Assembly: GCA_028534125.1 (NCBI GenBank)
Contig: CM052817.1
Span: 101,124,001-101,188,000, forward strand
DNA from: Lama glama
Lineage: Eukaryota
DNA length: 64,000 bases
Reading direction: 5' to 3'
The notes beneath the pieces were generated by a model. The model was not told where the DNA came from, searched no databases, and saw only the letters and a list, made by a program, of their open reading frames with translations. Both the position numbers and the translations under genes were made by a program. Below are positions 25,942 to 38,228 of the stretch, piece after piece (position 1 is the first letter of the stretch; the number at the start of each line of letters is the position of its first letter).

Positions 25942-26979
25942 TCAAATTACCTTAGGTAGAAACTGAGACAACAAAGAGAGAAGTGCTTTGGGGTGAGAAA
26001 CCTTTAAATCACACCTAAAGCAATAACTTAACTTCATCCAGAGTTTAGGTCAGCCCTACTCAGCACTCAGAGGGAAAGAAGTTTGAACTAGTAAGTCATT
26101 GTATGAGTCAGGATAGGCTAAGTTGTGCTGCAGTAACAAACGAGCCTTGAAATCCAGTCTCATTTGAATGGATGAATGAATCCACCACATTCATTTACTA
26201 GGTAAGTAGTGAGTAAGTGGAGTGGCAAATCTAGATAGCAACTAAATGGAGAGGCAATGAGAGCTGCTGCAGTCACTTCAGTTCAGGAAGGATTTAGATT
26301 CATGCCTTTTTGAATAATAAAATTGCTAAGAGAAAAAAACTAGTCTTCATAATCAAAGAGGAAGTTTCTCAGTGGGAATTGGCTGCAATGTTAGAGGCTA
26401 AGCTTTGGTTAAGTTTATCACAGATTAAATGTGGGATAAATAGGATGCCCATTTAATACTTTTGGTTTATATTGTTTATTTCTGAAATATTCAAAAAAAT
26501 TCAAGTAAATGTTACATCTTGACAAAGGCTTTATCCAACATATAGTAAGTAGATGCTTACTTAATGTCTGTTGAATGACTAAATGATATGAAGAGTAGGT
26601 GTTCACACTATGAAATAAAGTTCAGGTTTCTTCTTCACACAAGAAACAGGCCAGAAAAACATGCCCTGGGATGCTTTTCTCCTGAGCAGTCTGGGTTTTC
26701 ATGGGCCAGTAAAATCGAAAGAAAAAAATGGACAAGTTGGCAGGTAAGGATGTTCACAACAATGATCGCCTACTGGCACCATCAATAAAGTGAATCAAAA
26801 CATAAGGCTGGACCCTGAATTAGAATAAGAGCAACCTTTAAGTGGACTACATTTAGGTTTTTGCAAAGCTCACTGCATCATCCTTAGGTTTCCTCATTTG
26901 CTCAAAGCAAATGCATTCATCGGCACTGAGCTGAACCACCTGCCTTCCCTCCAGAAGTCTCTAGACAGAACCCCGGGCA

Positions 26980-27600
26980 GTGGGGCCGGGCGGCAGCTGG
27001 GAACACTGGCTGTGGGTTTCTGGAGGACAGAGGGTTGGGGACACTCACCAGGACAATGCCCCTCCCGGTTCCCGGCTGTCGCCTGCCTGGCCACGATCCT
27101 CCCTCACGGAGCAGGGTTGGGCGGGGAGGAGGAATTAGCCCTCTCGTGGGACAGCACCCAGGGCCCCTCCCCCTGGACTCCTGCCCTCCTGCCCTGTCTC
27201 CCCGAGCGAACGGTTCTCACGGGGATTAGCCGGCAGCCGGTGGGCCGTGGTCTCAGCACCCAGCCTGCGTTTCCTCGCCTCCTCTCTGCGCCACCTGGGA
27301 GCGCTGCCAGCCCGCCTCCTCGCCCACCTGGCCTGCCGCTCCCTGTGGAACTTTCTGGCAACAGAGGGGTGACAGAAAGCAGCAGCCCAGCGCCCAGGGC
27401 TGAGGGCTGGGGGCTGGGGGCTGGTCCTGGTCGCTGGGCTCCGCCCCTTCCCTCTCAGTTTGTCCCCGTTCCAGGTCATTGCTGAACCCTCTGCCTCCGG
27501 CCTCCCGGGCGGCGGGCGGCGGGCGGCGGTGGGAAGGGGTGCTTCCTGCCAACCAGACACATAGGCTCCAGGGAAGGAGCCGTCTCCCGGCCTGGGAGAT
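26980..27600. promoter_or_regulatory. GC/CpG-rich island-like region
   Basis: High GC with many CpGs, a (GGCGGCG)n run at ~27507-27529, GC boxes, and a CTCF-like motif on the minus strand at 27286-27301. Confidence 0.45.
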
Positions 27601-29359
27601 GTGCCCATTAGTACTGATCATAAGAAAGAAATGCAAAGATGAGTCCAGTGGAGGTTTGTAAGATTTTTTGCTTTTATTTGAACACAAGGGATGACATTCT
27701 AAGGGCCCTGGGAGGCAGCAAGCCCGTACTTTTTAATTGCTTGGATGACATGGCCATTTGGGCAGCCAGGAGGTCAGGTGAATGTAACAATTAATACATC
27801 CTTATTGCTCTACAGGGCGGCAAAATAGGGAACAGGATCTAGTGCCGTGGTTTTCTCCTTTTAATTGGGCTCTTGTTTAGGTCCATGTGTGTGTTTTCCC
27901 AAGTTTAAACTTTCAGGGTTATGTAACCACTCCCCTTGGCTTCTAATCAAACTTCCAGATTAGCTGGAGGTGCTCTGAAGCCTCGGGAGCTGGCGTGGGG
28001 TGATGCATGTGACCCTGTCGGGCTTCCTGGTCAACCCTCCCGGAGAAAGGTGCCTGCTTGCAGGTCAGGGAAGAAAGTTGCTTGTAGATGGGTCCTAGTG
28101 CCCGTTTTTGAGGCTTTCGGGCCAATACTCTGAGCATCTCCAGTTCTTCAAACTGTAACCATTAAGGGTGGAAATCCCACCACACTTTGCGCCTTGAAAA
28201 CAACGTCGGTCACATTGAAACGTCTACACAAGCAGGAGCCACTTGAGAGGACGTCAACATTTCCAGTGACTGCAGTGCTTCTTTCAGTGGTGTCCTCAGC
28301 CCTGCATCGGGGACAGTGTGGTTCTTGGAAGCAGTGTCCCGTGGCACCCAAATCCTGTTTCTTTTGTTCGCTTCAGTTACCATCGTAGCTGCTAATTAAA
28401 AGGAAAATGATGACTGTTTCTGTAAGATTAGCAAGCGTGGTGGAAAAGAGATCATAGGTAGGACCGAACATTTCAAACTTCCCTTGGTAGAACGCCTTCT
28501 CTGTCGTCAGTAGAATATTGTATCTGCCTTAAAACCCAAAGCTTCCTGGCCCCTTTGGGCCTCCGGAGCTTGCAATGAGGATGAATGGCTGTGAGCTCTT
28601 AGATCCCTAGTGAAAGGCCTATAGAAATGCAAATCACCCAGCCACCCCCAAACTCCTCCAAACACAGAAAAAAACAAATCGGGGCTTTCGGGATCCCCAG
28701 GCACTGTTTCCTGCTCCAGAGGGGCGGGAGGAGAAGGCACAGCTGCCAGCTGCTGGCGGGAGGCAAGCATCTCAGTACAAGGAAAGTACCTTGACCTTTG
28801 TGAAGTGTGTGGTGCAAAGAAGGCCTTCTGGGCACAGTGGCGGTGCCCCTCACTGCATGCTGACCCCAGACAGCCGCTCCCAGCCTTTAGTTCTTGATCT
28901 GATTTGCTGTTTTAAGGAGAGGTTAGTAGGACAAGTGGGGAACGAACGTGGCAAGCAGCACAAGAATGTGGAAGTGGTGCCTGTGGCTAAAACAGACCAG
29001 GCTATGGCCCCTTGACCTTTTATTTTTCAAAAGAGAGTAACACTGTTTTTTCCTTCTCATACAAAGAGTGTGTTACTCATTGAACAAATTCAAACATTAA
29101 TAAAAGTATTCAAAAGAAAGCTGAACTCTATTACCTTGAGATAACGACTATTAAAATTTGGTGACCATTTTTCCAGATAGCTCTGTGTGTGTGTATGTGT
29201 GTGTCTGTGTGTGTGTGTGTGTGTGTGTCTGTGTGTGTATGCACGCGCGCGTACTAGAAATAAATATCATTGGGGGATGATGTTATGCTTGGTTCTAGGT
29301 AACTGCCTTTTTAACTCATCAACAATAAATATAATCATTTCTCATGACTACGCTCTATT

Positions 29360-30313
29360 GAGTTGTCTCTCAATATCCAAGTGGAATTGGTTCCAAGACA
29401 CCCCCGTCCCCAAGATACCAAAATCCCCAGATGCTCAAGACGTTTCCATAAAATGGTGCTGTTTTTGCATTAAGCACATCCTCCCATATACTTTATGTAT
29501 TTACTTTTTAAGTGAAAGATTTATCCATGGAGAGACTCACTTCACAGACAGAGAGCGGGCCGTCTCGGGGGTGAGAGGCCCCAGGGTATGGGGTGGTCAG
29601 TTTTTACAGCTGAGTAATTTCATGGGCTAACAAGTGGGAAGATTGGTCCAACATTTTTGGGGATGGGGAGATGACTTCCTGGGACTGGGCCACTGCCCAC
29701 ATTTTGGCCTTTTATGGTCAGCCTCAAAACTATCATGGCGCCTGTAGGAGTGCCACTTAACATGCTAACATATTACAATGAGTGTATAATGAGACTCAAG
29801 GTCTACTGGAAGTTGAACCTCCTGCCCTCTTGGGCCTAGTAGGTTCCAACCAGTTTTTGTTGTATCCTCAGTGGCTGTGTCATTCTGTTAATGGCTGTCC
29901 TCTGCTCCCTTCCCCCCTGTCTCATTCTCCCCTCAGAGATTTCATGCCCATAATCTTATGGGAAGCAGAAGAGTGATGATCTGTCTTCTGGAGCTGCTTC
30001 CGGGCTGAGTAGGGGCATCGACCTGCCTGTCAGGAAATAAAAAGTCTCTGGATGCCTGATCTAGGGGTCCCAGGGGCAAGACAGCTTGTTGTTTTAAGTC
30101 AAGGAGGACATCCTCCTATATACGTTAAATCATCTCTAGATGTCTAATAATACTTAATACAATGTAAATGCTATGTAAATAGTTGCTGGCCTGCAGCAAA
30201 TTCAAATTTTGCTTTCTGGAACTTTCTGAAGAACTTTTTTTTCCCCAAGTATTTTTGATCCCAGTTTGGTCGAACCCACAAATGTGGAGGCCACCAATAC
30301 AGAGGGCTGACTG
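29360..30313. mobile_element. MER2-like Tigger MITE, split by an ERV-derived insertion
   Basis: Left part 'ggaattggttccaagacaccccc...gataccaaaatccccagatgctcaag'; right part 'aaatcatctctagatg...tacaatgtaaatgctatgtaaatagttg...gagggctgactg' followed by TA. Confidence 0.85.
29496..30107 (-). mobile_element. ERV1-type LTR (U3-R) plus adjacent internal sequence, polyadenylated, with 20-bp TSD
   Basis: On the minus strand: polypurine tract GAGGGGAGAA, then LTR start TGAGACA (29924). Ends at GATAAA plus an A-rich tail. Flanking repeats at 29476-29495 and 30108-30127. Confidence 0.75.
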
Positions 30314-30697
30314 TATTCCCTGTATGTAAGTATCATAATTCATTAGCCAACTACAGTTTTATATACATTAAATTTTTTTCCAGTATTTCACTCTTATAAA
30401 TTACACTGCAATGGACATCTTTAGAATATTTGGCTGATTATTTACTTAAAGGTAAATTTATAGAAATTAAGCTGCTGGATCAAAAGGAAAGTTTATTTTA
30501 AATTTTGATACAGGTTATTATTCTGCCCTGCAATTTATCATCTCATCAGAGTGCATTTCCTCATGTGCTTACTAACGCCAGGTTCTCAGATTCTTTTTAA
30601 ACTTTGCCAACTTGATGAACCCATATATATATATGTTTTAAGTTGCATTTCTTTGCTAACTTCTGATATTGAACACATTTTTGGGTTTACTGGCCAC

Positions 30698-30982
30698 TTT
30701 CTTCCTCCTCCTCCACCTCCTCCTCCTCCACCTCCTCCTTCTCCACCTCCTCCTCTTCCACCTCCTCCTCTTCCACCTCCTCCACCTCCTCCTCTTCCAC
30801 CTCCTCCACCTCCTCCTCCTCCACCTCCTCCACCTCCTCCTCCTCCACCTCCTCCTCCTCCACCTCCTCCTCCTCCTCCACCTCATCCTCTTCCACCTCC
30901 TCCTCCTCCTCTTCCACCTCCTCCTCCTCCTCCTCTTCCACCTCCTCCTCCTTGTCCTCCACCTCCTCCTTCTTCCTCTTCT
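30698..30982. repeat. Compound (CCT)n/(CCA)/(CTT) triplet repeat
   Basis: Almost pure pyrimidine strand, ~285 bp. Gives the poly-Pro and poly-Glu pseudo-ORFs. Confidence 0.97.
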
Positions 30983-30999
30983 TTTTATGAATTATCTCC

Positions 31000-33900
31000 C
31001 CATGTCCCTTGTTCATTTTCTAAAAGGGTGTTATTACTTTTCTTTTCCAGTTGTAAAAGCTCTTTATGTCTTAGAAATATAATTTCTTTGCTGTCACAAT
31101 TTTTAGAATATATAAGTTGTCTTTTTGTTTTGATAGTTATAGAAGCTGTTTATTTTTACCGAGGTCAAATTTAGTAGTATTTTGGGGGACTGTGATTTAA
31201 AATGTTACAACCATGACATTATTAGCGTTATAGTATATGTATGGTTCCTAATAAAAATGTGAATCTTCACTACACCAGAATTCCTTTTTCTGTAGAAAGC
31301 ATTTAGTAGGATCTAGCTCCTTGACATCCAGGTAAGTTGCCAGCTGCCTCAGTATCATTTCTGGATAATTCATTTTTCCTCTTTTGATTTGAAATGCCTC
31401 CTTGATCACCTGTTAAATTTTCATTTACTACATGGGGCTGTTTTTAGACTTTATTTTCTTCCATTGATTGGATTGTCTATTTCTGTGCCAGTGACCACAC
31501 TCTTTTAATAATTTTGCAATATATTTTGATATTAGGTAGGTATTCACTTATTATCCATCTTCCCCTGCCCCCAAATCCTTAACTATTCTTATATGTTCAA
31601 CTTTGACTTCTTTTTAAGGTAATTTTTGTTATTAATTTGATTGGAGCTTGTAGATAAGTACACAAGTCAAAGTATATCACTTGTTGATTCTCAAGCATGA
31701 AAACATTCATGTGCTTACTACCCAGATCAGGAAACAGCACCCCCAGAACCCCCAAAACTCCCCTCAGGATTCCCAGTCACTAGTCCCTCACCAAAGGTAA
31801 CTACTGTACTGATGTCAATCTCCACATTCATTTTACTTTTGTTTATTTAAAAAATTTTAAATACACATAAAATTGACCATATTAGTCCTTTTTAAGTGTA
31901 CAGGTCACTAATGCTATGTACATTCATGTGATTGTGCAACCAGTCTTCAGAATTCTTTTTATCTTGCAAAATTAAAACTCTATACCTGTTAAAGAAATAA
32001 CTCTCTGTGTCCTGCCCCCCACAGTCCCTGGCAACCAGCCTTTTTATTTCCTGTCTCTACAAATTTGATTACTCTAGGTACCTCAGATAAGTGGAATCAT
32101 GCAGTATTAGTATTTTTATGACTGGCTTATTTCACTTTGCAAAATGTCTTCAAGATTCATCCATGTTGTAGCATATGTCAGCATTTCCTTCCTTTATACT
32201 GCTGAATACTATTCCATTCTAGGTACGTACCACACTTTGTCTATTCATTCTTCTGTCGATGAACACTTGGGTTGCCTCCACCTTTTGGCTGTTGTAAATA
32301 ATGCTGCTATGAACATGGGTATAGAAATATTTCTTTGGCATCCTGCTTTAAATTATTTGGGGTATATTCCAAGAAGTGGGATTGCTACATCATATAGTAA
32401 TTCTATTTTTAATTTTTTGAACTTCCATATCATTTTCCATAGTAGCTACATCATTTTTCATTTCTACTCACAGTGCACAAAAGGTCTAAATTTCATCACA
32501 CCCTCTCCAACATTTTTTTTTAATATTGTAGTCACCTTAATAGGTGCAAGGTGATTGCCTTTGTTTTTGAACTTTATATAAATTGAACCATTCAGTATGT
32601 GTTACTTTGTGTCTGACTTCTTGTTTTTGTTATTTTTGGGAGTATCATCCATGTTATTGCATACAGCAATATTTAATTTTCAATGGTTTATACCACCCCA
32701 CTAGGTAACTTTATCGTAATTTATGTATCCACTTTAATGCTGAAGGACTTTGGGTTGTTTCTAATTTTTGATTATTATGACTACTACAACTATGAACATT
32801 TTTAATGTCTTTCTGTGTGTACATGTATGCATGGCTGTTGAATATATACCAAGGCGTGGAATTGCTGGGTCATTATGTATTCATATATTCAGCTTTAGTA
32901 AGCTCTGCCAGTTTCCAAAGTGGCTGAAGCAATTTGCACACCCACTAACAGTATATGAGATCCCTAGGTGCTCCACATCCTCACTAACACTTACTAATTT
33001 TACTATTAGCCATTCTGGTGGGTAAAGAGTGGCATCTAATTAGGGTTTAAATTTGCATTTCCTTGCTGAGGAATGAGGCTGACCACCTTTTAAGATGCGT
33101 GTTAGCCCTTTGGATATTCTCTTGTGATGTGCATGCTAAGTCCTTTGCTCGCTTTTCTGCAGTATTTTTTTCCTGTCCTTTTCTTAGTAACTTAAAGGAC
33201 TTCTTCATTCATTCTGAATAAGCCCTTTGTTAGAAATATATATTGCATTTCCCTTTTTTCAGTCTGTGGCTTGCCTTTTCACTCCTTCAAATGGTATCTT
33301 TTGATGAACAGAAGTTCTTTATTTTCATGTAGACTAATTAATCTATGGCTAGTGACTTTCATGTCCTGTTTAAGAAATTTTAGCATATCTAGATAACACA
33401 AGAAAAATTCTCCTATGTTATCTTCTCAAATTATATTTTTTTTTACTTTTCATATTTAGATCTACAGTCAAGCTGGGTTTGGTTTGGTTTGGTTGTTTTC
33501 TTCATCATGTGAGGTAGAGATTAAGATGAGGCTTTCTCCATGTGGATTTCCACTGACCCAGAATCATTTACTAAGATAAAGACTGGCCTTTCCCCCGCTG
33601 TACTACAATATCATCTTTGTTATCAATCAAGTGTCGGTTTGTTTCTGGTTTCTCTGTTCTGTTCCATTGATCTATTTTTTTTCTCATGCCAATACCACAC
33701 TGTCTTAATTACCTAGCACTATATCTTGTGATATCTAGTGTGAGTATTTCAACTTTCTTCTTCTTCAAGATTGTCTTGGTTATTCTTGGCCCTTGGCCCT
33801 TTGTATTTCCATATATAAAATTCTTGTCCATATATTTAAATTCTTGTCAAGTTCCATGTTTTTAAAAAACTGCCAGGATATTTTTAAGGTTTACATTGAA

Positions 33901-35600
33901 CCTATGAATTTGGGGAAAATTGGTATCTTTATATTATGTGCTCCAATTCACAAACATGATATATTCCTCCATTTTTCAGACTTTCTTTACTGTCTCTAAA
34001 TAATGTTTATAGTTTCTGTATAGACATCTTGCACATCTTTTGCTAGAATTATTTCTAATATTTGTTTTTTTATGCTGTTGTAAATAATACTGAGTTTTGA
34101 ATTTAATTTTCTAATTATTTGTTGTGGATATTTAGAAATACAGTTGATTTTTATGTATTAACCTGTTTCCAGTATACTTGCTGAATTTAATTATTAATTC
34201 TAAAAACTTATCCATAGATTGAGCTGGATAGATCCTTAATTTTATAAGTCTTCCTTACACTTCAAATATTTTCTTCTAAGCTATTCATTTTAAGACTGTA
34301 CGTTGTCCTCTAAGAGTGACTTTAGCTGCATCCCACATGTTTCAGTATGTAATATTTTTATTATATTCAGTTAAAATATTTTCCAATTCCATTGAGATTG
34401 CCTCTTTGAACCATGGGTTATTTAGTAGTAATTACTACTAATATCTTAATATTGTGGAATTGTCTATTTATTTTCTGTTGTTGATTTCTTGCTTAATTCC
34501 ATTTTAGTCGTAGACATAATCTGTATGATTTCAGTCCTTTGAGGTTATTGAATTTGTTGCATGGCCTAGAATTAGGTCAGTTTTGGTAAAAGATCTATGT
34601 GAATATTTTTTAAAAATCTACTCTGCAGCTGTTAGGTGCAGGATTTAGAATATTTAAGTGAGGTCATATTTGTGAATTGTGGGTTTCAAATTTTCCATAT
34701 CCTTACTGGTTTGTTTGCTTTTTGTTTGCTTTTGTCTACTTGTCCTATCAGTTTCTGGGAGATGTATGTTAAAATCTCCCACTTTGATTGTGGATTTGTC
34801 TATTCCTTCTTTTGGATATGCCAATTTTTGTGTTATATGTTTTTGGACCTATGTTATTAGCAACATATAAATTTAGAATTGTCATATCTGCCTGGTGGAT
34901 TGACCCAATTACCAACATAAAACATCCTTTCTTGTCTCTTTCTTCCCCTTCTGGGACTCCAATAATACACCATATCCCATCAGTCTTCTTATATCCTTTC
35001 CTATATTTTCCAATCTTTTTGATCTTCTTCCTTTAGTTTCAATATTTTCTTTTGAACTCTCTTTAAGATCACTAATTCTCTCTTCAGCTGTGTCTAATTT
35101 GCTTTTCAACTCATCAGCTAAGTTCTTCATTTCAATTATTGCATTTCAGTTCAATCATTTCCACCTGGTGGCTTTTTAAAATTGAGATAATTGATACATT
35201 GATTACTTTATTTAAATTTTTTTTCTTCCAGTTTTACTGAAATATAATTGATAAATAGCACTGTATACTTTGTGGAGGGGAGGAGGTAGTTAGGTTTTAT
35301 TTACTTTCTAATAGAGATACTGGGACTGAACCCGGAACCATGTGCTTGCTAGGCACCTGTTCTACCACTGAGCTACACCATCCTCCCCTCCCCCCCCCCA
35401 GTTACTTTTTATGGATTCCAGTCCTTTAATAAAACTTTCCATTTCATCATCTATTTTCTTAATCATATTCATTAGTTATTTTAAAGTCCCTGCCTGATAA
35501 CGCCAATATTTGGATCACCTTTGGATATGTTTTTATTGCCCATTTTTCACTTTCTTTGTTTCTGAGCATTCCTGAAGGTCACCAAATTATACTAATTGGG
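31000..35600 (-). mobile_element. Old L1 block with nested L1MB-like 3' piece (~31840-32555)
   Basis: Antisense L1 motifs: 'tactctaggtacctcagataagtggaatcatgcagtatt', 'ttttgatgaacagaagttc', 'atgccaataccacactgtcttaattac'. ORF1-like peptide LKSKLDTAEERISDLKESSKENI at 34909-35130 (-). Confidence 0.85.
35268..35399 (-). mobile_element. tRNA-derived SINE (Vic-1-like)
   Basis: 'tactgggactgaacccggaaccatgtgcttgctaggcacctgttctaccactgagctac'. Confidence 0.85.
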
Positions 35601-35799
35601 TCAGCTATAAGTCCACCCAGCAAATTTTAGATCTCATTCTAGCTTGGACAGCATTTAAGCCATCTCTTTTTAACTCATATTTTTCATAACTGCTAACTAT
35701 TTCCTATACTTTCAATGTTCAGTCCCATTCCTGATCATCGTAGCTGACAACCTAGATCTCTGAATGTATTAAGGTTTGAATTTATTGAGGTCTCCACAA

Positions 35800-37100
35800 A
35801 AAGACTTAGTCTTATCTATCTTCTCTTCCTTCACTCCTGACTCAGAAGACAGGTCTCTCCTCTTTTGTCAAAGTATCTCTGACCTTGATCTCATTTCATT
35901 TGACTCCTCCTAAGTATGCCCTATCAATTATTACTCCTCTTTCTTGAATCTCTTAATCTCCTCTGGTTCCTTATTCTTTTTGTCAGTGAACATGTTCATA
36001 TCTCCCCATCCCAAGACAAACAAACAATTCTTGCTTCAATCCTGTTACCTTCAATGGCTACTAATTCTAAACAGTCATGATGGCAAACTGTTCAAAAAAG
36101 TAATCTTTGTCTCAACTTCCTCAGCACCCATTCACTCCTTGAAGTTTAGTTTCTAGCCCCATCATTCTACAGAAACTCTTTTCAATAGCCTCCTTTGACC
36201 TAAATCCTAAACCCAGTGGCCTCTCCCCAGTGTTCCTCTTCTTTGGCTTCTTTGTAACGTGGTCATATGGTTCTTCACTCTCCCTCCCCTGGCCTTCTCT
36301 GACATTTTTTCTTAGGTCTCCTACTTCTCTAAGAAATCCTTCTGTCTCCCTTGCTATGTTGTCTCCCTTGCCACATTGTCTCCCTTTTTCCGTTCTCTGT
36401 AGATGTTCTCCAGGGCTCTGTTCTAAGCTGTCTCCATCTCTCCTTCTCTCCCCGCTCTTTCCCCCTTTCACTGCCACATTCACATTCACCACTTCTCTTA
36501 CTACCTTTTTGAGGCAGATGACTTCCCCAAAATTTATTTCCAGTTCCATTTTCACTCTTGACTTATAATTTCAGCTGCCTCCTGAACCCCTGAACGTCCT
36601 CCCAACCTCTCAAATTCAACACGTCCAAAATGAAACCATTTCTCCCCAAATCTGCTTTGCCTATCCTGTGTCCTCCCTCTGCTAAAGATACCAACAAACT
36701 TCCAGTAACTCAAGCCTGAAATTCTGTAGTCATCACTGGCTCCTCACTTTCTTGCTCCCTCCAACCAATCAGACGCTAGGTTATGTTACTCTCCAAAATG
36801 CTCTTCTTGCCATCATTACCACTCTAAGTTATTACTTTTGCAGTAACTTAATGTACTTTGGTTCCTGTTTCTATATCTTCTTATCTCACTGGGTTGCTGC
36901 CAATAGACCAATGTTGCTTAATAGACACTGAATTAATAAATGAATAACTGAAGCACAGTTTTAATTATGCTTCCTGATGGTTACTGCCCTATTATTGACT
37001 AAATGAAATTCAGACATCTTAGCCTGAGTTCCAAAGCCCTCCAAATCTGGTTCTAGAATCTATCTCTGTTTTTCCAGCTCTAAATCTCTCATATCCACTG
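35800..37100 (+). mobile_element. L2 fragment
   Basis: Pyrimidine-rich sense L2 motifs: 'gcagatgacttccccaaaatttatttccag', 'ctcaaattcaacacgtccaaaatgaaac'. Confidence 0.7.
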
Positions 37101-37472
37101 TTTCAGTCAAATACCCCATCATTTGTCAAGCTGTGTCCTGCAATACAATAGTGCCCTTCATGAGCTTAATACTTGTTCCTCGATTTAAAAAAAAGTTCTT
37201 TGATAATTAAATTTACCCAATGTCAAACAGCTTTCCTGCACAATCTCTCAAAGCCTTTATTATTCTAAAATATACTGTGAATTTCCAATTGAGGCGGAAA
37301 GTATGTGGTGTTTCTTAATGCTATTATTTGACCATGAACCCTGTTTAGGGGACCATCACTTTTCTCACTAGACACTAATGTTCCCAGGAACACATTCTAT
37401 AACAGGCTGATACAGATGCTCCTTTATTTCCCAAACATACTCCCTTCCTAACATCATTCTCTTATATTAGAA

Positions 37473-37683
37473 CAGTGGTTCTCACCAAGGTTGATTTTTC
37501 CCTCCAGGAGAAATTTACAAACGTCTAGAGACATTTTGGTTGTCGCAGCTGGGAGGGGTATCCAGTGGGTAGAGGCCAGAGATGCTGCTAAACCTTCTAC
37601 AATGCACAGGACCTCTCCCCAACCCCCACAGCAAAGACTTATCCAGGTTGAAGATGTGAATAGTTCCAAGGTTGAGAACGCCT
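37473..37683. mobile_element. MER20 hAT MITE
   Basis: 'cagtggttctca...tctagagacattttggttgtcgcagctggg...tccagtgggtagaggccagagatgctgctaaaccttctacaatgcacaggac...aaggttgagaac'. Confidence 0.92.
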
Positions 37684-38106
37684 AGAAAACCCTCCCCTTA
37701 CTTCCCTCTGCCAGGGAAAGCTTTACCCATTTCTTAAAGTCCAGGTCAAATATTTTCTCTTCAATGAATGCTTGATATTACAGCCAAGATCTTCTCCCTC
37801 TTAACCATCTACAGCCCTCTGTATATTTTGCTCTTATAGCATTAATCTAATTCTTTGCTATATTATACATACGTATGTACATTTAGAACATCTTATGCTA
37901 GATTTAAGTGTTTAGTTTTTGAGTATAGGGATAATATTGTTGTCAATTTTTTCCTTTCTCCAGAAAGCTAGCACAGAAGAAACAGTATGTTCTTTCTTGA
38001 AAAACAAAATGAAGCTTGATTTAACTTCCATTTCAGTCACCTCCTAAACTTAATTATTCACCCAGTCTTGTCAATTTTTCCTTTACATTTTCCTCATATT
38101 TAAAAT

Positions 38107-38228
38107 TTTTTTTAATTCTTTTGGGGGGGGGGTACTCAGGTTTATTTATAGAGGAGGTACTGGGGATTGAACCCAGGACCTTGTGCATGCTAAGCACGTG
38201 CTCTACGACTGAGCTGGACCCTTCCCCC
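38107..38228 (-). mobile_element. tRNA-derived SINE (Vic-1-like)
   Basis: 'gaggtactggggattgaacccaggaccttgtgcatgctaagcacgtgctctacgactgagct'. Confidence 0.92.

Noticed and set aside
26898..27687. 144-195 aa ORFs over the GC-rich island
   Set aside because: Pro/Gly/Arg-rich, open on both strands as expected from GC content, with no recognisable protein.
30551..31174. 207-aa proline-rich ORF (formin/extensin-like) and antisense poly-Glu/Arg ORFs
   Set aside because: Produced by the (CCT)n repeat. Flanks are decayed repeat sequence with no domain or splice context.
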